Source: Lama guanicoe
Taxonomy: Eukaryota
Length of the DNA: 64,000 nucleotides
Reading direction: 5' to 3'
Assembly (NCBI GenBank): GCA_013239625.1
Contig: MU053995.1
Location: 1-64,000 of the forward strand
Shown here one piece after another: positions 1 through 12,289 of the stretch. Position numbers and translations under genes: made by a program. Position 1 is the first letter of the stretch, and each line of letters opens with the position of its first letter. The notes under the pieces are model-generated. The model saw nothing but the letters and a program-made list of their open reading frames with translations. It did no database searches and was not told where the DNA came from.

Positions 1-656
1 TGTTTACAGCAGCTTTATTCATAATTGCCAAAACTTAGAAGCAACCAAATGTTCTTCAGTAGGTGAATGGATAAATTAATTGTGAGTTTTCTATTCCAGA
101 CAATGGAATATTATTCAGTGCTAAAAAGAATTAAACCATCAAGCCATGAAAAGTCATGGAAGAAAACTTTAATGCATATCACCGAATGAAAGAAGCCAAT
201 CTGAAAACTCTACATACTTGATGTTTCTGGAAAAGGCAAAACTACAGTGATGGTAAACATCTCAGGGACTGCCAGAGGTTAGACAGGAGGGGTGGATGAA
301 TGAGTGGAGCACAGGGAAATTTTAGGGCAGTGAAACTCTTCTGTGTGATACTATAAAGGTGTGTACATGTCACCATGCACTTGTTAAACTCACTGACTGG
401 GCAAACACCCGTGTGAACCCTAACGTAAACTATGGGTTTTCGGTGATGATGTGTCAGTGTAGGCTCACAGACTGTAACAAATGTACCACTGTGGGTGACT
501 GCTTTTGATAGGGGAAGGGTGGAGTAGGGAGGAGGGTAGACTTCGTTTTTGTGTGAGGGGGTAGGGAGATATCAGAAATCTATGTACAGTCTGTTCATTT
601 TTGTTGTGAACACAAAAGTGTTCCAAAAAATAATGTTATTAATTAAAAAAAAAATA
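1..656 (+). mobile_element. Old L1 (L1MB/L1MC-like) 3' end with A-rich tail
   Basis: Contains gcagctttattcataattgccaaaac, aatgaaagaagccaatctgaaaa and gtgaaccctaacgtaaactatgg, with an A-tail at ~645-655. Confidence 0.8.
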
Positions 657-1574
657 ACTTGCCTTATTTTCATGATTAAAATTTCCTGTTGGAAGAATTG
701 CTAAACATATCAGAGTAAGGGTTTCCCACCCACTGCTCCTAAACTAACCCTCACGGCGGCTCCCCTGCCTCAGTGACCTCCATCCTACAGTTGGCTAAGG
801 CAGTGGGACTAGGAAATCAAGTTTCTCAGAAAGTTCAGGCTGCCTTGGATGGGTGCCAGATCACACTGGAGCAAAAGTACACAAGGCAGGTAGAGAGAGT
901 TCTCTTCCTCTAGGTACGGAGACTCTCTCCTCACACTTCTTCCTTGAGCCTGCCTAAACTTACGTGCAAAAACATTCCTGCACCTGGGGAAAGTGTCCAA
1001 CATTCTTTGGCTGTGGACTGGGATCCCCATTTCATACATTTTTGAGCAAGACGGGTTGTCTTGGCCGAACCTTCCATTTGTTCTGCTTTGTTGTCTCTCC
1101 TCCCCGCCCCGCCCCACTGCAAAACCAAATATGTGAACATCCGGAATTAGCAAAGCACACACATTCCTGGGTCCAGGTTTATATCCAGAACTAAAATGGG
1201 ACATTACCAACATAATGTGATGAACTTTGAGTTTTTGTAGCATGTTCCGCCCATTTAACAGTCTCTGGCTTAACTCCTACAGTTGCGGGAGGAGATTATG
1301 GTGGCCACTCTCTCTCCGTTCTTCTCCAGATAGACTCAAGTCATAATACCTATGGGGAGTTCCAGCGGGAAGATCAGCTTATTCTTTAAGTCCTGGACAT
1401 TCATGGCCGCTTTGTTTTCTTCAAAGTCCTGTTTGAGGTTGATGACTTGTGCGATTGACTGAGACGCAGAGCAAACTATCTACATTCAGTCCAATTTGTG
1501 AGAGTGGGCCAGAATCTGGGTTGCTTCTTTACGACACCTTCTGATGGTCCTTTAGCTGGTTCAACTATTCTTAA

Positions 1575-1770
1575 ATTACACATGTCAACTTCTAACATAA
1601 TAATATAATTTTTGTTTTTATTGTGTCTGTTGTCTACTGGCATAAAAGGACCTGAGGGCCAAGATTCACAACTGTTTTCTTTCTGACTGTGTCCTCAGCA
1701 GCTGGAGCAGGGTCTTGGACCTAGTAAGAGCTCAATTTGTATATGCTGAATAATTGAGTAAGTGAAGGAG
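1575..1770 (+). mobile_element. L2 3' end fragment (mirror at ~27711-27906)
   Basis: gacctagtaagagctcaatttgtatatgctgaataattgagtaagtgaa resembles the L2 3' terminus with a degenerate (TGAA)n tail. Confidence 0.6.
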
Positions 1771-1949
1771 TCAAGCAACGACCTTTCCTAGATCCCTCTT
1801 GAGAGTTTTTTGGACCAATGCCTTCAACCAATCATCATAAATATTAACTGAGGCAATCGTGTGAATTAAACATCATCAACAAAAATACATGATGTAGAAA
1901 GAAAACGAATGTCTGAACTGACGAATCATTCCAGGAATTAATATCTAAG

Positions 1950-2345
1950 CACCACAATGGATGTGGAATACTTCTTGGCAGTATGGGAAAAAAGTATTTT
2001 GACACATATAACAGTATGGACAGCTCCTAAAATAATTATGCTGAGTAAAAGAGGCCAGACTAAAAAGACATTCTACTGTGTGAGTTCACTTATATAAAAC
2101 TGAGTTTATGAAATACTATCAGTAGCATCAGAAAGCAGATAAATAGCTACATGGATACTGGCTTGGGAAAGGTAGGGAGTACTAAGAGGCACAAAGACAC
2201 TTTTAGGGCAAATGGGTGTGTCCTTTACCGTGACCATGGTGATGATTTCACAGGTATGTACCTAAGTCAAAATTTACCATATTGAACATCTTAACGATGT
2301 GCAATTTACTATGCATCAGGCATGCCTCAATGATCCTGACAAAAG
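1950..2345 (+). mobile_element. Ancient L1 (L1ME/MC-like) 3' UTR fragment (mirror at ~27136-27531)
   Basis: Contains aataattatgctgagtaaaagaggccagac and ggtgatgatttcacaggtatgtacctaagtcaaaattt. Confidence 0.7.
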
Positions 2346-2599
2346 GCAAAAGAGTAAATTTTAATATCAATCAGGAATTACCCTGCACAGCAGGCAGTTA
2401 AACTAACGTTTTGATTATCATTTGCCTTTTCCTTTGCCTGGTTGTCGACAGAGTTAATCAAGTGGGCCTTCAATGAGTGGGGGTTACAAAGTACACTTAC
2501 TCGTGTCGTGATTCACCTTCGGTTTTATTTCAGAAGCTAAGGTACCATAATTATGATTCATAGACCTTCTGCTGTTACAACCTGTTCTCCATCCCCAAC

Positions 2600-2810
2600 G
2601 GAACTCCCTGTGTTTGAGTCCTGGTCTTGCAATGTTCTCGACTTCAGGACTGCTGATGACTCTCAGAGCCTCAGTTTCTGTAAAATGAGGCTGATAATAC
2701 TAACGTGCACTTTATTAAAATACAGATTTTTATTAATACTGACCATGTTTTATGAAAACAGCAAGAATGTACTGTACCCAATGCTGAGTAAAGGCTCTTT
2801 AATAGGTTCC
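2600..2810 (+). mobile_element. MIR SINE fragment (mirror at ~26671-26881)
   Basis: MIR core-like ctctcagagcctcagtttctgtaaaatgaggctgataata. Confidence 0.65.
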
Positions 2811-3342
2811 TTTCAGTCTCACTGGTAGTGAGAGTTCAGCTGCTTGCCTTTGGGGGAAAATTGTAACTTCTTAAATTCATCAGTAGTTTTATTTTATTTT
2901 TTTGTTTGCTTGTGTTTCTTTTTGCTCTTGTTTTTCCTTCTTTCCACTTGGATATCTTCCTAAGCCTGATGTGTCCTGTTTGGAGAGAGAGAGAAATTTC
3001 AGATGCTAATACTAATACTAGTACTACTGCTGTTGGTCTCATCACACAGAAGACCTCTGGGGCCTGTTAGGCATTTCACTGATCATGTTAAACCTAAACA
3101 CAATTGGGGAAGTCAGGTAATTTCCTTGGAAATGCCTAAGTTCAGAGATTTAGGTCATGGATTTTATTACAGGGAATCAAACATGTGTCCAAGTGATTGA
3201 AGTTCTTACCTTCATGCGAGCTTCTGCCTCTCTCTAATCATTTAGTTAGTTCCAGTACTAACTAATGTTAATGGCTGTGGACCAGATTGAACTGCTTTGT
3301 AGACAAAATGACTTTCTATATTTATTCTTAAATCAAAAGCAA

Positions 3343-3411
3343 TCTCTCTCTCTCCCTCTGTCCAGTTTCTCTCACTCTCTCTTTCTCCCTCCCTCCCTCT
3401 CTCTCTCTCTC
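3343..3411. repeat. CT-rich imperfect microsatellite (mirror GA-rich at 26070-26138)
   Basis: (CT)n and (CCCT)n runs are directly visible. Confidence 0.9.
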
Positions 3412-4039
3412 TGGTTTTTATAAAATGGGTTACACTCATGATCTGAAGAAGATGGCAAGGGTGATTCTTATGATATGCTGTACTGTGATCTGTGCATAGT
3501 ACATTTGATTCAATGACTGTTTTTTATTTGAAGGGGTGGAACCAGCTTTCTTTCCTGCCAACTCAGGCTCTCTCTTAAATGTAGCCAGTGAGGAAACAAA
3601 GGAGATGACACTTTCTGCTGGTTAGCAAGCCTTTTCCTAGCACCCAGTGTCTCATAACAATAAAGGTTTCTTTTCACACAGACAGACACACAAAGTTTTA
3701 AATGGTTTTCTGTGTCTGATCAAACCTTCATAAACGACTCTCCGCTTAGGAGTTCAGAAAGCCTTTTTCAATGGAAACATACCCAACCACTTTATATTTA
3801 CAGACAGCTACCAGTGATCACAACAGCAGCCCTGAGAGATCCCAGCGGATGGGAGACTGCTTGTTCTCCCCTTTGAATTAAAAGGAAAGCAGGCATTTCT
3901 TCCAGATGTGCAGGCCTAGGAACTGGGTTCCTTTTCACATGTCATCACCAAATAGTCATACTCACTGGAAATAGTCATGCGGCATCATCGAATCCTCCCG
4001 TGAATGTTTGAGCCAATAAACTAAGTGAATGGAGAGGTT

Positions 4040-5372
4040 TTCCTCATTAGTGGATAGGAAGACCCAATATTTTTAAGACATCAGCTTTTCCCTGCTGGAT
4101 CTATAGATTCAATGCAATTCCAATCATAACACCAGCATGCCACTATTGAAAACCTGACTCTGAAGTATATATGGAGAGGAAAGAGACTCAGAATAGCAAA
4201 CACCATGTCACAGGACTGACATTACCTTGCTTCAAGACTTATAAAGCTACAGGAATCAAGACCTGTGATTTCACTGGTGAAAGAACAGACATACAGTTGA
4301 TGGAACAGAACACAAAGCCCAGAAATAGATCCACATAAATACAGTCAACTGATCACAGACAGAAGGGGCAGATGCTACACAATGCAACAAAGATATTCTT
4401 TTCAATGAATGGTGCTGGAATAACTGGATTTCCTGGTGCCCCCACTTCCCCTCCACCTCCAAAAAAAGGACTCTTGACACAGCCCTTACACCTGGCACTA
4501 AAACAAACAAACAAATAAAACAAACAAACAAAAAACTCAAAATGGACCACAGGCCTAAATGTAAAATGCAAATCTATAAATCTTCTAGAAAATTACACAG
4601 GAGAAAACCTAGATGATTTGTGGCATGACAATGAATCTTTAGATACAGAAATCACAGACAAGATCCATAAGAGAAATACCTGCTAAGCTGGAATTTATTA
4701 AAATTAAAAACTTTTGCCCTGTGAAAGACACTGTCAAGGGAGAAGAAAAGCCACGGAGTGCAAGAAAGTAATTGCAAGAAGACTTATCTGATAAAGCCTC
4801 TTATCAAAATATACAATAAATTCTTTAAAATCAACAATAAGAAAACATCAACCTGATTAAAAAATGGGCTGAACACCTGAACAGATACCTCATCAAAGAG
4901 CAAACACAGGTGGCAAATACACATATGAAAAAGTGATCTACATCATATATCATTAGGGATTTGCAAATTAAAACAGCAATGTGATAGCACTACACACCTA
5001 TCTGAATGGCAAAATTCCCAAACATTGACAATACCAAATGCTGGTGAGGACGTGGAGCAACAGGAACTCTCATTCATTGTTGGTAGAAACACAAAGTGGT
5101 ATAGCCCCTAAGGAAGGCAGCCTGGTGGTGTCTTGTGAAACTACACATGTTCTTACAATATGACCCTCCAATCATGCTCCTTGGTATTTACCCAAAAGAC
5201 TTGAAAACTCACGTCCACACAAAAATTTGCACACAGATGTTTATGGCAGCTTTGTTCATAATTACTAAAAGCTAGAAGCAACCAAGATGTCCTTCAGTAG
5301 GTGAATAGAAAAATAAACTGTGGTACACCAAGACAATGGGTGGAATATTATTGAGCACTAAAAAGAAATGAG
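4040..5372 (+). mobile_element. Old L1M ORF2 3' fragment (mirror at ~24109-25441, minus strand)
   Basis: Degenerate ORF2 motifs: ggataggaagacccaatat, agcccagaaatagatccaca, caaatgctggtgaggacgtggagcaacaggaactctcattc. Confidence 0.85.
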
Positions 5373-5374
5373 GG

Positions 5375-7648
5375 AGAAAATAAATTAAATAGAGATTAAA
5401 AAATACAAAAAAAGATCAATGAAACCAAGAACTGGTTCTTTGAAAGGGCAAACAAAATCAACAAATCTCTGGCAAGGCTCACCAAGAAGAGAGAAGACCC
5501 AAATAAACAAAGTAAGAAATGAAAGGAGATACAACAGCCAATACCACACAAACACAAAAAGCCATAAGAGAATACTATGAACAGTTATATGCCAACAAAT
5601 TGGACAGCTTAGAAGAAACAGACAAGTGTCTAGAAACATACAGTCCACCAAAACTGAATCAAGAAGAAACAGAAACTTAGACAGACTGATCACTAGAAGT
5701 GAAATAGAACCTGTAATAATATTTTTTTTGAAGCTCTCTACAAACACACACCCAGGACCAGATGGCTTCACTGGGAAATTCCACAAAACATACAAAGGAA
5801 AACTCATACTGGTCCTTCTCAAATTCTTCCAAAAAATTGAAGAGAAGGGAATACTCCCAAACCCATTCTAGGAAGCCACCATCACCCTGAAACCAAAACC
5901 AGAGACACTACTAAAACAGAAAATTACAGGCCAATATCATTGATGAACATAGAAGCAAAAGTCCTCAACAAAATGTTAGCAAACAGAATCTAACAGCACC
6001 CTAAAAAGATCTTACACCATGGTCAAGTTGGATTCATCCCAGGGACACAAGGATGCTTCAACACACACAAATCAATCAACGTGATACATAACATCAGCAA
6101 ACGAAGAGACAAAACCCACAGGATCATCTCAATAGATGCAGAAAAATCATTCAGTAAAATTCAACACCCATTTATGTTAAAAAAAAAAAACAACTCTTAT
6201 CAAACTGGGGGACTTAACCCACATAATAAAAGCCATTTATGACAAACCCACAGCCAGCACAATACTCTACAGTGAAAAACTGAAAGCCTTCCCACTAAAA
6301 TCTGGAACAAGACAAGGATGCCCACTCTCACCACTTCTGTTCAACATAGTCTTGAAGTCCTAGCCACAGGACTCAGGCAAGGTAAAGAAATAAAAGGGAT
6401 CTAAATTGAAAAGGAAGAAGTAAAATTGTCATCATATGCAGATGGCATGATACTATATATACAGAAAACCCCAAAGATGCCACACCAAAACTACTAGAAG
6501 TGATAAAAAAAATTTAGCAAGGTAGCACGATACAAGATTAACATGCAGGAATATGTTGCATTTCTTTACACTGCCAATGAACTACCAGAAAGGGAAAGTA
6601 AAAAAAAAAAAAAAAATCCCTTTTAAAGTGGCATCAAAAAGTATTCCTATATTTAGGAATAAACCTGACCAAGGAGGTGAAAGGCTTACATGCAGGGAAC
6701 TATAAAACACTGATCAAGGAAACTGAAGATCATTCAAAGAAATGGAAATATTTCCCACACTCCTGGATTGGAAGATTGAATATTGTTAAAGTGGCCACAC
6801 TCCCCAAAGCGATGGGCAGATTTAACGTGATCCCCATCAAATTATCCCGGACATATTTCACAGAACTAGGACAAATAATCCCACCAGGTACATGGAACCA
6901 TAAAAGAGCCAGAACTTCCAAAACGATCCTGAGCAAAATAAAGAAAGCTGCAGGAATAACCCTCCCAGACTTCAGACAATACCACAGAGCTACAGTAATC
7001 AAAACAGTGTGGAACTGGCACAAAACAGAGATGTGGATCAATGGAACAGAATAGAGAACCCACAAATAAACCCATACAACTACAGTCAGTTAATCTTCGA
7101 CAGAGGAGGCAAGAATATACAATGCAAAAAGACACCCTCTTCATCAAGTGGCACCGGGAAAGCTGGATAGCTGCACAGGGGCTTAATTTCCAAAATACAC
7201 AAACAGCCCATGCTACTCCATAACAACCCCCCCCCAAATCCAATTAAAAAAATAGACAGGAAAGATGATCAAAATCACTAATTATTAGAGCAATGCAAAT
7301 CAAAACCACAATGAGGTATCACCTCACATTGGTCAGAATGGCCAACATCAAAAAGTCTACAAACAATAAATGCTGGAGAGGGTATGGAAGAAAGAGGACC
7401 CTCCTACACTGTTGGTGGAAAGGTAAATTGGTGTAGCCACTAGGGAGAACAGTAAGAAAATGCCTTAAAAAACTAAAAATAGAGTTTTCATATGATCCAG
7501 AAATTGCACTCCTGGTCACATATGCATAGAGAACTCTAATTTGAAAAGATACATTCAGCTCAATATTCATAGCAGCACTATTTACAATAGCCAAGACATG
7601 AAAGCAACCTAAATGTCCATCCACAGAAGAATGGATAAAGAAGATGTT
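5375..7648 (+). mobile_element. L1 ORF2 fragment (linker, RT, C-terminus), frameshifted, with internal deletion at ~7175
   Basis: ORF peptides PGPDGFTGKFHKTYK and SWIGRLNIVK...GITLPDFRQY, plus RT-region DNA ggaacaagacaaggatgcccactctcacca. Confidence 0.95.
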
Positions 7649-7651
7649 ATT

Positions 7652-9680
7652 TGGATTTCTGGTCAAGATGGCGGAGCGGTAGGACCACAGGTTCACTCCT
7701 CCTTGCATCTACGAGGAAACCACAACTGACTGCTAAACAACCATCGAGTAAAAGACTGGAACCTAACAAAAAAGATCTTCTTCAACTGGAAACATAAAGA
7801 AGGAACCACAGGGGGATGGTAGGAGAGGTGTGCTCATGATATAATGGGACCCCCATACCCTTTGGGTGGGCAACCCACAAGCAGAAGAATAATTAAGTCA
7901 CAGAGGCCCTCCCACAGGAGTGAGAACCCTAAGCCCCATGCCAGGCTCCCCAGCCCAGGGTTCTGGCTTTGGGAGGAGGAGGAGAACCACGGACATCTGG
8001 TTTTGAAGACCAGTGGGGCTTAGCTCCAGGAGCCCCACAGGACTGGGGGAAACAGACTTCATTCTCTTGGGTAGTGTACAGTACACAGAAATCTCATGTG
8101 CACCAGGTCCAAGGGCTGAGGCAGTGATTTCATAGGAACCTGGGTCAGACCTGCCTGCTGGTCTTGGAAGGTCTCCTGGGTGTGTAGGGAACAGCTGCGG
8201 CTCACTCAGGGGACATAAAGGCTGCTGGTGGACACTCTAGGAGTGTTCATGTACATGAGCTTTCCTGGAGGCTGACATCTTGATTGGATCAATAACACCA
8301 AGACCCAGCCCCACCCAACAGCCTGTAGGGAAGCCTCAGGCCAAACAACATGCAGGGTGGGAACCTGCATCAGCAGACTTCCTGAGCCACAAAGGCCTCT
8401 AGACACGGCCCTACCCACCAGAGGTCCAGGACCAAGCTCCACCCAGCAGTGGGCAGGCACCAGCTCCTCCTGCCAGGAAACCTGCATGAGCCTCTAGTCC
8501 AGCCTCACCCACCAGGGACAGATACTAGAAATCAGAAAACAACAATCCCAAAGCCTGTGGAAGGAGTCCACAAACACAGGCCAGAGTCTGCACTGGGACT
8601 GGCCGGACCCTGGCCTTTGGGTGACAAGAGAGGAATGCACTTCTGGGATGCGCAGGACATCTCCCACAGGGGCCACCTCTCCAAGGTCGAGGAACGTAAC
8701 CAACCTACCTAAAAGTACAAACAGAAAGATAGACAATATGGGGTGGCAGAGGAGTGCCTCCCAGGCCAAGCCACAAGATAAAATCCCAGAGGAAGAAATA
8801 AGTGATGAGGAGAAAGGCAATTTATCTGAGAAGGAGTTTAAAGTAATGATGGCCAAGATGTTCAGAGAACTCAGGAGGAGCATAAATGCACAGAGCAAAC
8901 TTTTTAGCAAAGACTTGGAAAATATAAAGAATACCCAAACAGAGTTGAAGAATAAAATCACTGAATTCAACAATACACTAGAAGGAACCAAGAATAGACT
9001 AAATGAGGCACAAGAACAGATCAATGAGCCACAAGACAGATGAGTGGAAATCACTACTGCAGAACAGAAAACAGCATGAAAAGAATTAAGGATAGTTTAA
9101 GAGAACTCTAGGACAACAGGAAGCACACCAATATTCCCTTTACAGGGTCCCCGAAAGAGAAGAGAGAGAGAGAAGGGACCTGAGAAAATTTTTGGAGAGA
9201 TGACAAAGGAAAACTTCCCCAACCTGGGAAAGGAAACAGTCACCCAAGTGCAGGAAGTGCAGAGAGTTCCACAGAGGATCAACCCAGAGAGGAACACACT
9301 AAGCCACATAGCAATCAAATTGACAAAAATTAAGCATAAGGAGAAATATTAAAGTCAGCAAGGCAAAAGCAACAAATAACATACAAGGGAACTCCCATAA
9401 GGCTAAAAGCTGATTTTTCAGCAGAAACTCTACAGGCCAGAAGGGAGTGGCACAAAATAGTTAAAGTGATGAAAGGGGAAACTTACATCCAAGTATACTC
9501 TATCCAGCAAGGCTCTCATTCAGATTTGATGGAGAAATCAAAAGCTTCAAAGATAAACAAAAGCTAAAAGAATTCACCAGCACCAAATAAGCTTTACAAC
9601 AAATGTTAAAGGACCTTCTCTAGTCATCAAACCGTAAGGAAAGAGAACAAAAAGAAGAAAGGGGAGGGGGGACTACAAAC
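7652..9680 (+). mobile_element. L1 5' UTR plus disrupted ORF1 (ATG 8738, premature TGA 9041, natural end ~9623)
   Basis: 5' end has a YY1-type CAAGATGGCG at 7664-7673 and a GC-rich UTR. ORF1 coiled-coil peptide EKEFKVMMAKMFRELR...ELKNKITEFNNTLEG; ORF1 C-terminal DNA ctacaggccagaagggagtgg. Confidence 0.92.
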
Positions 9681-10230
9681 GATTGCTTTGGCAGTTCACG
9701 GTCTTTCATGGTCCTATATAAAATTTGGAATTGTTTGTTCTAGTTCTGTGAATAATGTCATATTTTGACAGGAGTTGCATTGGATCTGTAGACTGCTTTG
9801 GGCAGTGTGGCCATTTTGATAATGTTGATTCTTCCAGTCCAAGAGCACAAGGTGTCTTTCCATTTCTTTTGTGTCATCTTCAACTTCCTCCATCAATGGT
9901 TTATGGTTTTTAGAGTATAGTTAACCTCCTTGGTTAAGTTCATTCCTAGGTAGTTTGTTGTTTTCGATGCAATGGAAATGTCTCTGCCAGTTATAAAATA
10001 CTGGTTTTTGAGGCGGAAAAAAAAAAAAGTGAATGAAGGGCCACAAATGGCAAAATGCCCTTCTTTCTTACGGGCGAGTTGTGCTCCATTAATTCAAAAA
10101 GGTACACATCATAAAAAAGAGTTTTTGTCCATTCATGTATTGATGTCCACTTAGGATGCTTCTGTACCTCGGCAATTATAAATAATGTTGCTGTTAATAG
10201 TGGGGTGTATGTATCTTTTTGAATTAATTC
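9681..10230 (-). mobile_element. Two inverted L1 ORF2 fragments (~9681-9978 and ~10040-10230); mirror at ~19252-19801
   Basis: Minus-strand peptide [14 protein letters not shown] and ORF2-end sequence aaaaagatacatacaccccactattaacagc. Confidence 0.85.
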
Positions 10231-10477
10231 TAATCTTATGATTGGCTTTATTGTTTTAATAACTACGTAAGTTTAAAAACTAAAGCTGTAAATGCTCTTA
10301 GAAACAATGAACATTTCATATATCTGTATTTATATAATATATGCAGTATATTGTGTATATGTGTTTATATGCAAGGTATTACACATGTGCAGTCAAATTG
10401 TAACAATTCTTACCTAATAAGACTGAAAAATGAAAAAAATGTTATTTACACACACACACACACACACACACATGTGC

Positions 10478-11048
10478 AATACTATTCAGCTGTAAAAAAT
10501 GAATGAAATAATGACATTTGCAGCAACATAGGTGGGCCTATAGATTATCACTGTTAAGAGAGGTAAGTCAGAAAGAGAGGGACAAATGACTAGGATATCA
10601 CATTTATGTGGAATCTAAAATATGATAGAAATGATCTTAATTATAAAACAGCAACAGACTCACAGACATTGAAAACAAACTTATGGTGACCAAAGTGGAA
10701 AATGGGGAAGGACGGATAAATTAGGAGTTTGAGATTAGCAGAGAGGAACTGCTATTACATAAAATAGATAAACAACAAGGACCTTCTGTATAGCACAGAG
10801 AACTATATGCAATATCCTGTAATAAGCCATAATGGAAAAGAATATGAAAAGAATATATATGTGTATATATATCCTGTCTTAAAATGATATTTTAAATGCT
10901 CAGTAAAATGTTATCCTTAAGAAGTATGCATATTTATGTGTACGTGTGTGTGTGTGTGTGTGTGTGTGTTTAGAATCTCTTCTCTCTACACCAGAAAGTA
11001 GTGTAATATGGTAAATCAGCTATACTTCAACAAAGTTTTTTAAAAAAA
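10478..11048 (+). mobile_element. Cetartiodactyl-type L1 3' UTR with (TG)n; mirror at ~18434-19004
   Basis: Contains aaacaaacttatggtgaccaaag, aaaatagataaacaacaaggacc and taatggaaaagaatatgaaaag. Confidence 0.88.
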
Positions 11049-11635
11049 CAAGTGAGTCTTCCAGCCATATATAAAAATTGATGAAATAAAACATAAATGC
11101 ATATTACTAAATGAAATAAGCCAATCTGAAAATGCTAAAAATGTATGATTCCAGCTCTATGACACTCTGGAAGGAAAAAATATACATACACCCCACTATT
11201 AAGAGCAACATTATTTAAAATTGCCGAGGTACAGAAACATCCTAAGTGCATATCAATAGATGAATGTATAAAGAAGATAAATGCTAGATAATTTATCAGA
11301 GGGAAACAAAGACTAGTTTCCCAGTCAGTATCAGCTCCGTTCTGTAGTAGCCTTCCAGCCTTGGTCAAGGGCATGGTAATGGCAAACATCCACTTAGTCA
11401 CTAAATTCCATCCAGCACAATGTCTTCAAGTTGAGGCTTCTAAGAGTAAATTGTACCTCTACTGAGTAGGATTTAGCCTACAGATGCCAGGAATTTAAAC
11501 CTAAGAAAATCAGTCAGTGTAATATATCACATTACTAAAATGAATGAAAATAAACACATGATCATCTCAATTGACACCGAAAATGCATTTGATAAAAATC
11601 TAACAAACTTTTATGATAAATACTCTAGAAAGGGT

Positions 11636-11771
11636 GGGGAGGGTATAGTTCAGTGGTAGGGCACGTTCCTAGCATGCACAAGGTCCTAGGTTCAATCCCC
11701 AGTACTACTATTTAAAAGTAAATAAAAATAAACAAAACTAATTACCTCTCCCCCAAAGTAAATAAAAACAA
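11636..11771 (+). mobile_element. tRNA-derived SINE, camelid Vic-1-like, inserted in an old L1 RT fragment
   Basis: GGGGAGGGTATAG head; A box TAGTTCAGTGG 11646-11656; B box GGTTCAATCC 11689-11698; tail with ctaattacctctccccc; TSD-like ACTCTAGAAAGG (11622-11633) and ACTCAAGAAAGG (11772-11783). Confidence 0.88.
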
Positions 11772-12289
11772 ACTCAAGAAAGGATTAAAATAGAGGAAAA
11801 TTTCCCCATCATGCTGAAAGATTTTTAAGAAAAACCTAGGATTTAGTGCATATTGTCCAAATGTGGAGTTAAGTAAGACTGAATGCAATGTTTCTTGTCC
11901 ATTTGAAAATTTATTAACATAAGCAAAACATCTAAATCCCTCTAAAAAAATAATAAAGCCTCTGACTTTCAGTATGTGAACTCAAAGGAAGAAGACTTCA
12001 AAGAGAAAGAGGAAATGTCTCGGTATTCTCAGTAGATGGGCAAGAGTGGGACTGTGAGGGAAAACAAAAATGTAAGTGTGGAAAGTGATGGACAAGTCCT
12101 GAGACTTTGTGGATGGAGGAGAGCCCAGAAGCAAGATACAAATTTACCTCGTGTCACATTTGTGAGCAGTATTTCCTGGGCTTCCAAACTTTCCTTGTCT
12201 GTAGTGACTCACCTGTTTCTGCACTTTTATTCCTCTCTCATGAGTATACATCCATTCTGTCTAAACAAAGTAGCTATGTTGTTCAAGCA

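Larger units (their letters stand above)
1..11179 (+). repeat. Left arm of large inverted repeat (palindrome); outer end lies at or beyond the window start
   Basis: The ORF track is mirrored (809..1243- = 28238..28672+; 9972..10154+ = 19328..19510-). Position x pairs with 29481-x outside the A-tract at 6600-6616 and with 29482-x inside it. Identity stops after GACACTCTGGAAGGAAAAA at 11179. Confidence 0.98.

Noticed and set aside
809..1243. 144-aa ORF (and mirror 28238-28672) as a single-exon gene
   Set aside because: No recognisable domain, and its duplication is explained by the palindrome. Only the splice signals are kept, as a low-confidence finding.
8494..9054. Hydrophobic 186-aa ORF and similar Leu/Phe-rich ORFs as membrane proteins
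   Set aside because: These are antisense readings of A-rich L1 ORF1/ORF2.
11636..11710. tRNA gene
   Set aside because: The A and B boxes are followed by a SINE body, an A-rich tail and a TSD; the stems are degenerate.
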